In this document: positions 22,628-30,652 of the stretch, in pieces
Position numbering within the stretch: position 1 is the first letter of the stretch
Layout: each line of letters begins with the position of its first letter
Source: an uncultured Micrococcales bacterium
GTDB taxonomy: Bacteria; Actinomycetota; Actinomycetes; S36-B12; GCA-2699445
Direction: 5' to 3'
Assembly: GCA_903915555.1 (NCBI GenBank)
Contig: CAIWTL010000379.1
Location: forward strand, 1 to 33,714
DNA length: 33,714 bases
Program-made: the position numbers and the translations under genes
Notes under the pieces: generated by a model
What the model was told of the DNA's origin: nothing
Databases searched by the model: none
Seen by the model: the letters and a program-made list of their open reading frames with translations, nothing else

Positions 22628-22744
22628 CCAACGCGGACCGAGTCCTGGAAGGAGGTCCAGGATGAGGAAAGGCGAGTGCCTGGCCTCCCTCGACCTGGCG
22701 TGAGCCCTACGGTGTGATCCACCGGAGCAGAGAGGGCGAGGCTG

Positions 22745-23845
22745 ATGCAGCGACGGCGGGTGGCGATCCTCGGGGCGGGCAACGGCGGGCGGACGGCCGC
22801 TGTGGAACTCGGTCTGCGTGGCCACGACGTGACCATCTTCGGCCGCCCCGATTTCGGCGATCGGCTCAAGGTGATCGAGGAAAGAGGCGGTATCCGCTCC
22901 ACGGGAGTCATCGAGGGGGACGCCCCCGTGCGCGTGACGACCGACCTCGCATCCGCCGTCGACGACAAGGACCTCATCCTCATCGTGGTGCCGACCAACT
23001 ACCAGCGGGAATACTCGCGCCTGCTGGCGCCGTTGGTCACCGATGGGATGACGATCGGTCTGATGCCGGGGTCGTTCGGGTCGCTGGAGTTCGTGGCGGA
23101 TCTGCGGAACCGTGGCGCGACCGCCGACATCACCGTCTGCGAGTTCGCGGCGCTTCCGTATGCCACGAGGATCACCGGACCCGATGAGGTCCACGTCTTC
23201 GGGCGGCGCAGTTTCGTCTCTGCCGGGGTCTTCCCGTCCCGGCTCTCCGACACCGTGGCGCCGCTGCTGACGGATCTGTACCCCGACCTGCGCATGATGG
23301 CCAACGTCATCGAGGCCGGCCTGAACAACCCCAACCCCACGCTGCATTGCCTCGGGGTGCTGCTGTCCGCCAGTCGGATCGAGTACAGCCACGGTGACTT
23401 CTACTACTACGAGGAGGGCATGACCCCCAGCGTCTGCCGGGCGATCGAGGCGATCGACGCCGAGCGGCAGGCCATCGGTGCGGCTCTCGACGTCGATGTG
23501 ATGAGCCTGATCGACACCTACCCCGACGTCGGCTACGGACCGCGGGGCACCACTTTCTGGTCGGTCATCCGCGGTGTCGAGGCGCTGCATGGGATCAAGG
23601 GACCGGGAGAGCTCGACAGCCGTTACCTGACGGAAGATGTCCCGATCGGCCTCACCATCTACTCCCAGCTGGGCCGGGCGATGGGAGCCCCCGCCCCGCT
23701 CATGGAGTCCGTGATCACGATCGCCGGTGCCCTGCTGTCCCGTGACTTCGCCGACGCTGGTCGCACGTTGCAGCGATGTGGCATCGACGGCCTCGATCGC
23801 GGCCAACTGCAGGAGTACGTCACGAACGGTGTGCGCCCCGAATAG
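22745..23845 (+). CDS. NAD(P)-dependent opine (octopine/nopaline-type, N-carboxyalkyl-amino-acid) dehydrogenase family protein
   Basis: The Rossmann start is VAILGAGNGGRTAAVELGLRGHDV. The blocks LILIVVP, NNPNPTLHC, YYEEGMTPSV, DAERQAIGAAL and RYLTEDVPIGL are collinear with the Arthrobacter CENDH-type opine dehydrogenase as I recall it. Confidence 0.85.
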   Translation: MQRRRVAILGAGNGGRTAAVELGLRGHDVTIFGRPDFGDRLKVIEERGGIRSTGVIEGDAPVRVTTDLASAVDDKDLILIVVPTNYQREYSRLLAPLVTDGMTIGLMPGSFGSLEFVADLRNRGATADITVCEFAALPYATRITGPDEVHVFGRRSFVSAGVFPSRLSDTVAPLLTDLYPDLRMMANVIEAGLNNPNPTLHCLGVLLSASRIEYSHGDFYYYEEGMTPSVCRAIEAIDAERQAIGAALDVDVMSLIDTYPDVGYGPRGTTFWSVIRGVEALHGIKGPGELDSRYLTEDVPIGLTIYSQLGRAMGAPAPLMESVITIAGALLSRDFADAGRTLQRCGIDGLDRGQLQEYVTNGVRPE

Positions 23846-23855
23846 GCTGGCGCGC

Positions 23856-25292
23856 ATGACAACCCTCGAGTTCCCCGTCGCGGGCGAGTGGGCCTCCGGC
23901 GCCCAGACCCGCGAGGTCCGTTCGCCCTATGACGACGGTCTCCTCGCCGTGGTCCCCTCCTTCACCGCGCTCGACGTCGATCGTGCTGTCGCGGTCGGCA
24001 AGAGCGCCCTCGTCTCCCATCCGCTCGCCGCGCACGAGCGTGCCGCCATCCTGGACCGGGCCGCCGTCCTGCTCGCCGAGCGTGCCGACGAGATCTCCCG
24101 CGATCTGGCGGCCGAAGCCGCCAAGCCGCTGACGCAAGCGCGCATGGAGGTACAGCGGGCGGTGTCCACGCTGCAGTTCTGCGCAGCCGAAGCGCGCACG
24201 TTCACCGGCGACATGGTCCCCATGGATGCCGCGGCAGCCGGGGTCGGTCACCTCGGGCTCGTGCTGCGGATGCCCGTCGGCGTGGTGGGGGCGATCACCC
24301 CGTTCAACTTCCCCCTGAACCTGGTGGCACACAAACTCGGCCCCGCCGTGGCTGCCGGGTGTCCGGTCGTCAACAAACCCGCCAGCCAGACCCCGCTGTC
24401 GGCGCTCCACCTGGCCAAGGTCCTCTTCGACGCGGGTCTGCCCATGGACTACCTGAGCGTGGTCCCCGGCCCTGGTTCGGTCATCGGTGACGCCCTGGTC
24501 CACAACGACGACGTCGCCCTGATCTCCTTCACCGGCTCGCCCGAGGTCGGTTGGGACATCCGACGGGCGGCGCCGCACAAACGGGTCGGCCTCGAGTTGG
24601 GCAACAACTCCCCGTTGATCATCTGTGCGGACGGAGACTGGCGGGCCGCGGCGAAGGCCGTGCGGCTGGCCGGCTTCTCCCACGCGGGCCAGTCCTGCAT
24701 CTCGACGCAACGGATCCTCGTGGATGAGCGCATCAAGGGCGAGTTCGTCGCGGAACTGGTCACCCAGGTGGAGTCGCTCGTCGTCGGGGACCCCCTGGAC
24801 GAGGCGACCGAGGTCTCCGCACTCATCAGCCGCTCGGAGACCGAACGGGTCGCCACATGGGTGGACGCCGCGGTGGCGGGGGGAGCGACCCTGGCCACGG
24901 GAGGGGATCGGACGACCCAGGATCACCTGCGGCCCACCGTGCTCGTCGATGCCAGTCCCGAGGACGACGTCTGCGCGACCGAGGTGTTCGGTCCCGTCGT
25001 GGTCGTGCGCGGGTTCAGCGATCTGCGCTCGGCGGTGGAGGAGGCCAATGACTCCCGCTACGGACTACAGGCGGCGATCTTCACCCAGGACATCGACACG
25101 GCACTGTGGGCGGCGCGGACCCTGGACTTCGGCGGAGTGCTGATCAACCAGGTGCCCACCTGGCGGGCCGACCACATGCCCTACGGTGGGCTGCGCGATT
25201 CCGGCAACACCCGGGAGGGTCCCGGCTGGAGCATCCGGGAGATGACCGAGGAGCGGCTGGTCGTCGTCAAGACCGGCCCTGGACCCGCCTGA
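23856..25292 (+). CDS. NAD(P)-dependent aldehyde dehydrogenase
   Basis: Motifs seen are PFNFPLNL, FTGSPEVG, catalytic Glu in LELGNNSP, catalytic Cys in GQSCIS, and EVFGPV. ATG 23856 is the start. The track ORF start at 23727 overlaps the upstream gene. Confidence 0.9.
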   Translation: MTTLEFPVAGEWASGAQTREVRSPYDDGLLAVVPSFTALDVDRAVAVGKSALVSHPLAAHERAAILDRAAVLLAERADEISRDLAAEAAKPLTQARMEVQRAVSTLQFCAAEARTFTGDMVPMDAAAAGVGHLGLVLRMPVGVVGAITPFNFPLNLVAHKLGPAVAAGCPVVNKPASQTPLSALHLAKVLFDAGLPMDYLSVVPGPGSVIGDALVHNDDVALISFTGSPEVGWDIRRAAPHKRVGLELGNNSPLIICADGDWRAAAKAVRLAGFSHAGQSCISTQRILVDERIKGEFVAELVTQVESLVVGDPLDEATEVSALISRSETERVATWVDAAVAGGATLATGGDRTTQDHLRPTVLVDASPEDDVCATEVFGPVVVVRGFSDLRSAVEEANDSRYGLQAAIFTQDIDTALWAARTLDFGGVLINQVPTWRADHMPYGGLRDSGNTREGPGWSIREMTEERLVVVKTGPGPA

Positions 25293-25305
25293 ACGGAGTG
25301 CCCCC

Positions 25306-26163
25306 TTGATCACCTGGCTGATGACCGAGCTGTCACCCGCGGTACGGCTCATCCTGGCGATCCTGATCTTCGTGTCGATCACGGTCACCATCGTCGCGTT
25401 CGCGCATACCCGCATCATCGCCCTCGCCAACGGGGCTCCCTGGCCACCCGCAGCGGACGCCGAGGAGCACCCCCCGCATGACCCGGCGCTCTATGGCCCT
25501 TACGAGTCGCCGCCGCCCTCGGACCTCGCCGGTCGCATCATCGGGATGACGGCGACCGCCTTCGTGTTCCTGCTGGCCTTCACCCTCAGCAACTTCTGGA
25601 GCAATGCCGAGGACGCCCGGTCGGCGTTCCAGGAGGAGGTGTCCAACCATGGCACGGCAGTGTCCGCCGCCCGACTCCTGCCGCCGGGAGAGACGCGAGA
25701 TCGCTCGTTGGCGGTGCTCGACGAGTATGCGCGATCCGTCAAGGACGTCCAATGGTCGCTCATGCAGCAGGCCGACACGCAGGCGGCGTTGCGTGCGCAC
25801 CGGGAGGCGGCCCTTGCCGTAGGGCGCGAGATCGTTCTCAATCCAGACAAGGAGTTGCGGTCGCAGGAGAGTTTCCCGGTTCTGCAGCAGGCGGCGGAGA
25901 GCATGATCGCCCAGGGCACGGAACGCATCAATCAACTCCCCCGCCCTGAGGCGCCGGGAGTGGTCATGTTGATCTTCCTCCTCGGGGTGGTCAATCTGGC
26001 GGTGGCATCGGCGTTCCAGCCGGCCCGCCTGCGGACCAATATGTTCCTGATGGGGACGTACGCGGCGATCGTCGCCCTCCTCATCTTCGTGGTGGTGGAG
26101 ACCAGCAACGCCTTCCTCGGCGCGGGTGCGATCCTGCCCGACGGGTTCATCCATCCCTCCTGA
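25306..26163 (+). CDS. Membrane protein, DUF4239-like (4 TM, central helical region)
   Basis: There are TM segments at both ends. FVFLLAFTLSNFWSNAEDARSAFQEEV...LDEYARSVKDVQWSLMQQ resembles the DUF4239 pattern (from memory). The start is TTG 25306 or ATG 25321. Confidence 0.6.
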   Translation: MITWLMTELSPAVRLILAILIFVSITVTIVAFAHTRIIALANGAPWPPAADAEEHPPHDPALYGPYESPPPSDLAGRIIGMTATAFVFLLAFTLSNFWSNAEDARSAFQEEVSNHGTAVSAARLLPPGETRDRSLAVLDEYARSVKDVQWSLMQQADTQAALRAHREAALAVGREIVLNPDKELRSQESFPVLQQAAESMIAQGTERINQLPRPEAPGVVMLIFLLGVVNLAVASAFQPARLRTNMFLMGTYAAIVALLIFVVVETSNAFLGAGAILPDGFIHPS

Positions 26164-26331
26164 TATCGAACACATGTTCCTTCGTGCTTCGCATTCCCCG
26201 CGGGGTCGATGAGGCCTATCTCACTTATGTCGCGCCAATGTTGAAATTGTGTCGCAACGGGAAGGAGCCTCCTCTGACGGCGCCGAGCGCGTCGTTACGG
26301 CGCGAAAGTCGCGCCCCTGGAGGTGGAAACA

Positions 26332-26862
26332 GTGACCCGTCGCCTGATGACGACGATCTTTACGGCAGCCGCGGTGCTCGTGGCCGGCCTGGCCCTCGTG
26401 CCGGCCGGAGCGGCGAACGCCGCCCCCGATGCCCGGCCCAGTGCGGTGCGCGCCAAGGCGCAGAAACCGTTCTTCGCCGGCTGCAAGAAGACCGGGCGCT
26501 TCAACGAGCGCCGTTTCGACTTCGACCTCGACGCGGTCCTCGCCGGACGCTGCGTGACCTCGCGGGTCAAGGGTGTCGACCTGGTGAGCTCCTACAGCGG
26601 ACATCACCCGTCGGCGCAGAAGGCGCTCGACGTCATGGTCAACATGAAGGGCTCCTGCAAGGCGGGCCGCACGACCGGTAACGTCGCCGCTCGGTACTTC
26701 ATGAACAACGCCAAGAAGCACAAGGTGCAGTACATCATCTGGAAGAACGCCTACTGGTCGTCCGACCGGCGCCCTACGAAGTGGCGCAACTGGCGGCACG
26801 GCATGCACAGCGGCAGCTGCACGACACGGCACTTCGACCACGTGCACGTCGCGTTCAAGTGA
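26332..26862 (+). CDS. Secreted protein with LAS-type (H-x6-D ... H-x-H) putative zinc-peptidase/cell-wall hydrolase domain
   Basis: GTG 26332 lies 8 nt after GGAGG. The signal peptide is VTRRLMTTIFTAAAVLVAGLALVPAGAANA|AP. The candidate metal ligands are GHHPSAQKALDVMV and RHFDHVHVAF. KVQYIIWKNAYW resembles the ARB_07466-like C-terminal domain pattern (from memory). Confidence 0.65.
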   Translation: MTRRLMTTIFTAAAVLVAGLALVPAGAANAAPDARPSAVRAKAQKPFFAGCKKTGRFNERRFDFDLDAVLAGRCVTSRVKGVDLVSSYSGHHPSAQKALDVMVNMKGSCKAGRTTGNVAARYFMNNAKKHKVQYIIWKNAYWSSDRRPTKWRNWRHGMHSGSCTTRHFDHVHVAFK

Positions 26863-26880
26863 CACACGGCTGAGACCCTC

Positions 26881-26920
26881 GAAGGCCCGGCCCCTGGTGA
26901 ACCCAGGGAGCCGGGCCTTC
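26881..26920 (+). terminator. Long GC-rich hairpin (intrinsic-terminator-like, no U tract)
   Basis: The sequence is GAAGGCCCGGCCCCTGGtgaaCCCAGGGaGCCGGGCCTTC. The outer 11-bp arms (GAAGGCCCGGC / GCCGGGCCTTC) are perfectly complementary, and the inner CCTGG/CCAGG arms also pair. It lies 19 nt after the stop at 26862. Confidence 0.6.
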
Positions 26921-26966
26921 GCCGTTGTCGAGGCATCGGCATCCCCGCACGACTAGTGTCGGGCTC

Positions 26967-28460
26967 ATGTCCACCGCGGAAGTGACCATGCACGACGACC
27001 GCGGTTTCCTCGGTCAGCCGCGCGCGCTGTCCACCCTCTTCTTCACCGAGATGTGGGAGCGCTTCTCCTACTACGGGATGCGCGCGCTCCTCGTCCTGTA
27101 CCTGACCGCGCCGCTGGTCTCCGAGGATGCCTACGGGCCGGGCCTGGAACTCGACAAGGGCTCGGCCATCGCGATCTACGGGGCCTACTCCGGACTCGTC
27201 TACCTCACCCCGATCGCCGGGGGTTGGGTCGCCGACCGCATGCTCGGTGCGCGCCGCACCGTCCTGTACGGCGGCATCGTCATCGCCCTGGGGCATTACT
27301 GCATGGCAGCGCCCCTCGAGGAGTCCTTCTGGCTGGGCCTGCTGCTCATCGCACTGGGGACCGGTCTGTTGAAGCCGAACATCTCCTCGATGGTGGGTGA
27401 TCTCTACAGCGAGACCGACACCCGCCGCGACGCCGGCTTCTCCCTGTTCTACATGGGCATCAACATCGGCAGTTTCGCGGCTCCCATCGTCACCGGCTGG
27501 GCGGCCCAGCAGCGCGGGTTCCACTGGGGCTTCGCCATCGCCGGCATCGGCATGACCCTCGCGGTGATCCAGTACGCCCTCGGCTGGAAGCGCCTGCACG
27601 GAGTCGGCGATCACGCCCCCATCCCGGCCACCTCGCACGAGCGGCGCAGGTTCTTCCTGCTCATCGGCGCGGTCGTCGTGTTCATCGCGGCCATCGCCTG
27701 GGTCCTGGGGCTCATGGGGGACACCAACTTCTTCGACCGCGTCGCCTCCGCCATCACGATCTTCATTCTGATCGTGCCCTTCGTGTACTTCTTCCAGTTG
27801 TTCCGCCGCAAGGACTACACCCCCACGGAGAAGCGCCACGTCCGCGCCTTCCTCTGCATCTTCATCGGCGCCGCCGCCTTCTGGATGGTGTTCGAGCAGT
27901 CGGGTTCGACCCTGACGCTGTTCGCGGAGGATGTCACCGACATGTCCGTCGGTACGTGGGAGATGCCGGTCGCCTGGCTGCAGTCGGCGAACCCGTTGTT
28001 CATCATCATCTTCGCGCCGATCTTCGCCGCGATGTGGACCAAGCTGGCCGACCGGGCCCCCCGCACGTCGGTGAAGTTCGCGATCGCCCTCGTGGGTGTC
28101 GGTATCTCGGTGCTGGTCCTCGTGATCCCGATGTCGGCCTTCCAGAACTCAGGCGCCCAGGCGGCTCTGTTCTGGATCCTGGGCACCTACCTGCTGCAGA
28201 CGTGGGCGGAACTGCTGTTGTCCCCGACGGGGCTGTCAGCCACGAGCAAGTTGGCGCCCGCGGGAGCCAGCGGGCAGATGCTCGCACTGTGGTTCGTGGC
28301 CACCTCGGTCGGCACCAGTATCGGCGGTCAGATCGGCAAGTTCACCGCTGACAACCCGGTGAACACGTTCCTCCTCAGCGCCGCCATTCCCATCGCGATC
28401 GGTATCACGCTGCTCGTCTTCGCCAAGGTGGTCAATCGCTTGATGGACCCCGTGCACTGA
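26967..28460 (+). CDS. Proton-dependent oligopeptide transporter (POT/PTR2 family)
   Basis: GQPRALSTLFFTEMWERFSYYGMRALLVLYLT is the PTR2 signature, and GGWVADRMLGARRTVLYGG is also present. The protein has about 12-14 TM helices. Confidence 0.9.
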   Translation: MSTAEVTMHDDRGFLGQPRALSTLFFTEMWERFSYYGMRALLVLYLTAPLVSEDAYGPGLELDKGSAIAIYGAYSGLVYLTPIAGGWVADRMLGARRTVLYGGIVIALGHYCMAAPLEESFWLGLLLIALGTGLLKPNISSMVGDLYSETDTRRDAGFSLFYMGINIGSFAAPIVTGWAAQQRGFHWGFAIAGIGMTLAVIQYALGWKRLHGVGDHAPIPATSHERRRFFLLIGAVVVFIAAIAWVLGLMGDTNFFDRVASAITIFILIVPFVYFFQLFRRKDYTPTEKRHVRAFLCIFIGAAAFWMVFEQSGSTLTLFAEDVTDMSVGTWEMPVAWLQSANPLFIIIFAPIFAAMWTKLADRAPRTSVKFAIALVGVGISVLVLVIPMSAFQNSGAQAALFWILGTYLLQTWAELLLSPTGLSATSKLAPAGASGQMLALWFVATSVGTSIGGQIGKFTADNPVNTFLLSAAIPIAIGITLLVFAKVVNRLMDPVH

Positions 28461-28662
28461 CGAATCCCTGCGGGATCCTGTGTCGCATGTCTCGCTGCCG
28501 CGTCATGACCGCGTCTCGACCGTTCCCCTATGGTGGGGGAGTCGGCAACAGCGCCGGCCACCGCGGGCAAGTCCCGTGAGGTCCCGTTCGTGTTTTCTCC
28601 CAGCGCTCTGCGCCCAGGTCAGTCACATACGCGGCCTGGAACACGACGACAGGAAGAACATC

Positions 28663-30084
28663 ATGTCCACACGCACCGGCGCGCCCTCGCGCGCCCGCAC
28701 TCGCTCCTCACGCCGAGCTGGCAGCCGTTCCGCGTCGCCGACGCCGCGCGCGTCGGGACTGGAACGCGCCCTCGACGAGGCTGCCGCCACGGTGCCCCCG
28801 AGCCGATCCTTCGCGGACCTCGGTCTGTCGGGCGCCCTCGTGGCGCGCTTGGCCGATCAGGGGATCGACCAGCCCACCGAAGTCCAGAATCGGACCATCC
28901 CCGACGCGCTGTCGGGACGCGACGTCCTGGGTCGGGCCCAGACCGGATCCGGGAAGACCCTGGCGTTCGGGCTCCCGCTGGTGAGCAGGCTCGCGGCGGA
29001 GAGCCGCCCCGCCTCCCCGCGGCATCCCCGCGCCCTGATCCTGACCCCCACCCGCGAACTCGCCCAGCAGGTCGCCGACTCGGTAGGACCGATGGCGTCC
29101 GCTGTCGGACTGTCGGTGGTGGCGGTCTACGGCGGGGCGTCGATGGGGCCCCAGACCAAGGCGCTGCAACGCGGAGTGGACATCGTCGTGGCGACCCCGG
29201 GTCGGCTGGAGGACCACATCGAGCGCGGAACATGCTCGCTGTCACGGGTCGCGGTGTTCGTCATCGACGAGGCCGACCACATGGCCGACCTCGGTTTCCT
29301 TCCCGCGGTGACCCGTATCTTCCGAGCCATCCCCGCCCCGGCGCAGCGACTGCTCTTCTCGGCGACACTGGATCGGGGGATCGAACGTGTCGCGCGTGAC
29401 CACCTCACCGACCCCGCGATCCATTCCGCCTCCGTCGGAACCCCTGCCGCTGCGACCATGCAGCATCGCGCCTTCACCCTGGATCGGTCGCAGAAGGTGG
29501 ACGTGGCCGCCAAGGTGGCAGGACGCCACGGTCGCACCTTGTTCTTCGTGCGGACGAAACACGGCGCCGACCGCCTCGCCAAGCAGCTGCGGCAGCGCGG
29601 CATCGAGTCCGGGGCCATCCATGGCAACCGCAACCAGAACCAGCGCACGCGCGCCCTCGCGGAGTTCACCGCGGGCCGTCGACCCGTGCTGGTCGCGACC
29701 GATGTCGCGGCCCGAGGCATCCACGTGGACGGGGTCGACCTCGTGGTCCACTACGACCCCCCGGCCGACCACAAGGACTATCTGCACCGCAGCGGACGCA
29801 CGGCCCGGGCCGGGCGGGACGGCCTCGTGCTCTCGTTGCTGCTGCCCGAGGAGCAGCATCAGCACTCACGCATGCACCGCGGCACGGCGTCGGACCACAC
29901 CACCGTCCGCGTCGACCACCCCGATCACCCCGAGGTCCTCGACGTGGCCGCCGGTGGCACACCCCTGGTGGTCGAGGCCGCCCCCCCGCCGCCGGTATCC
30001 GACCAGCCGTCGCGTGGCGTCCGGCGCAGTCGGCCCACCCGGCGGGCCAGAGGCCGGGGCCGTGGGGGCCGCTCGTCGAGGTGA
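28663..30084 (+). CDS. DEAD-box ATP-dependent RNA helicase
   Basis: Q motif is FADLGL...TEVQ, motif I is AQTGSGKT, Ia is PTRELA, II is DEAD, III is SAT, and VI is HRSGRTARAG. The ATG is preceded by AGGAAGAA. The N-terminal tail is Arg/Ser-rich and the C-terminal tail is Arg/Gly-rich. Confidence 0.9.
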   Translation: MSTRTGAPSRARTRSSRRAGSRSASPTPRASGLERALDEAAATVPPSRSFADLGLSGALVARLADQGIDQPTEVQNRTIPDALSGRDVLGRAQTGSGKTLAFGLPLVSRLAAESRPASPRHPRALILTPTRELAQQVADSVGPMASAVGLSVVAVYGGASMGPQTKALQRGVDIVVATPGRLEDHIERGTCSLSRVAVFVIDEADHMADLGFLPAVTRIFRAIPAPAQRLLFSATLDRGIERVARDHLTDPAIHSASVGTPAAATMQHRAFTLDRSQKVDVAAKVAGRHGRTLFFVRTKHGADRLAKQLRQRGIESGAIHGNRNQNQRTRALAEFTAGRRPVLVATDVAARGIHVDGVDLVVHYDPPADHKDYLHRSGRTARAGRDGLVLSLLLPEEQHQHSRMHRGTASDHTTVRVDHPDHPEVLDVAAGGTPLVVEAAPPPPVSDQPSRGVRRSRPTRRARGRGRGGRSSR

Positions 30085-30142
30085 CGCAGCCGTTCAGGTG
30101 ATGCGAGGCGACCGAGCCGCGACTTCTGGCTAAACTCAAGCC

Positions 30143-30652
30143 ATGATCAAGACTCGACTCGGTCTTGCGGTGGGCCTCGCGTCGATCACCGCCCTCACGC
30201 TCATGAGCACTCCCGCCCGGGCGGCGGAGCGCGTCCCGGTCCCCAACGGTCGCTACGGCGACATCTTCGGGGTGGAGGGAGTCAGCTTCACCGTGCGGGG
30301 GCGCAGGATCATCGACCCCCGAATCTCCGTGTGGGTCGACTGTCAGCACAGCGACGGCACGTCGTCACAGGTCGTGTACGGCTGGACGGCCAGCAGTTCC
30401 GATCGTCGGGTACGCGTGCCGCGCGACGGCAACGGGCAGATCTCCTGGCTGCAGGAGTGGGACAACAGCCTCATCGAGAACGCCACGGTCACCCTTCGCT
30501 ACACCTTCCGGGCGGGGCGCCCCACGCTGGCGTCGGTCGACGTCGATGCGCGCTACTCCGAGGTCACCGAGGACGGCACCCTGTGGACATCCCACTGCCA
30601 GGGGTACACGCCCTTCCGCCTGCGACGCGGACCGCTCAGCCCTGCTGGCTGA
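30143..30652 (+). CDS. Secreted hypothetical protein
   Basis: The signal peptide is MIKTRLGLAVGLASITALTLMSTPARA|AE. The 169-aa protein has 2 Cys and no family I recognise. Confidence 0.65.
   Translation: MIKTRLGLAVGLASITALTLMSTPARAAERVPVPNGRYGDIFGVEGVSFTVRGRRIIDPRISVWVDCQHSDGTSSQVVYGWTASSSDRRVRVPRDGNGQISWLQEWDNSLIENATVTLRYTFRAGRPTLASVDVDARYSEVTEDGTLWTSHCQGYTPFRLRRGPLSPAG

Noticed and set aside
20617-23857. Very long minus-strand ORFs (793 aa at 20617-22998 and 748 aa at 21611-23857). Many similar 200-500-aa ORFs lie opposite or out of frame with called genes (for example 335-1306, 1415-2236, 4303-5031, 4509-5825, 14635-15429, 16286-17260).
   Set aside because: Their products are Arg/Pro/Gly/Ser-rich low-complexity strings with no recognisable motifs. 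They overlap genes with unmistakable family signatures (mobA, moeA, opine dehydrogenase and others). Such shadow ORFs are expected in high-GC DNA because stop codons are rare.
26164-26331. ydaO (cyclic-di-AMP) riboswitch in front of the secreted hydrolase-like gene.
   Set aside because: The leader is short and I could not match the conserved pseudo-two-fold ydaO core sequences by eye. It is kept only as 'structured leader, class unknown' pending cmscan.
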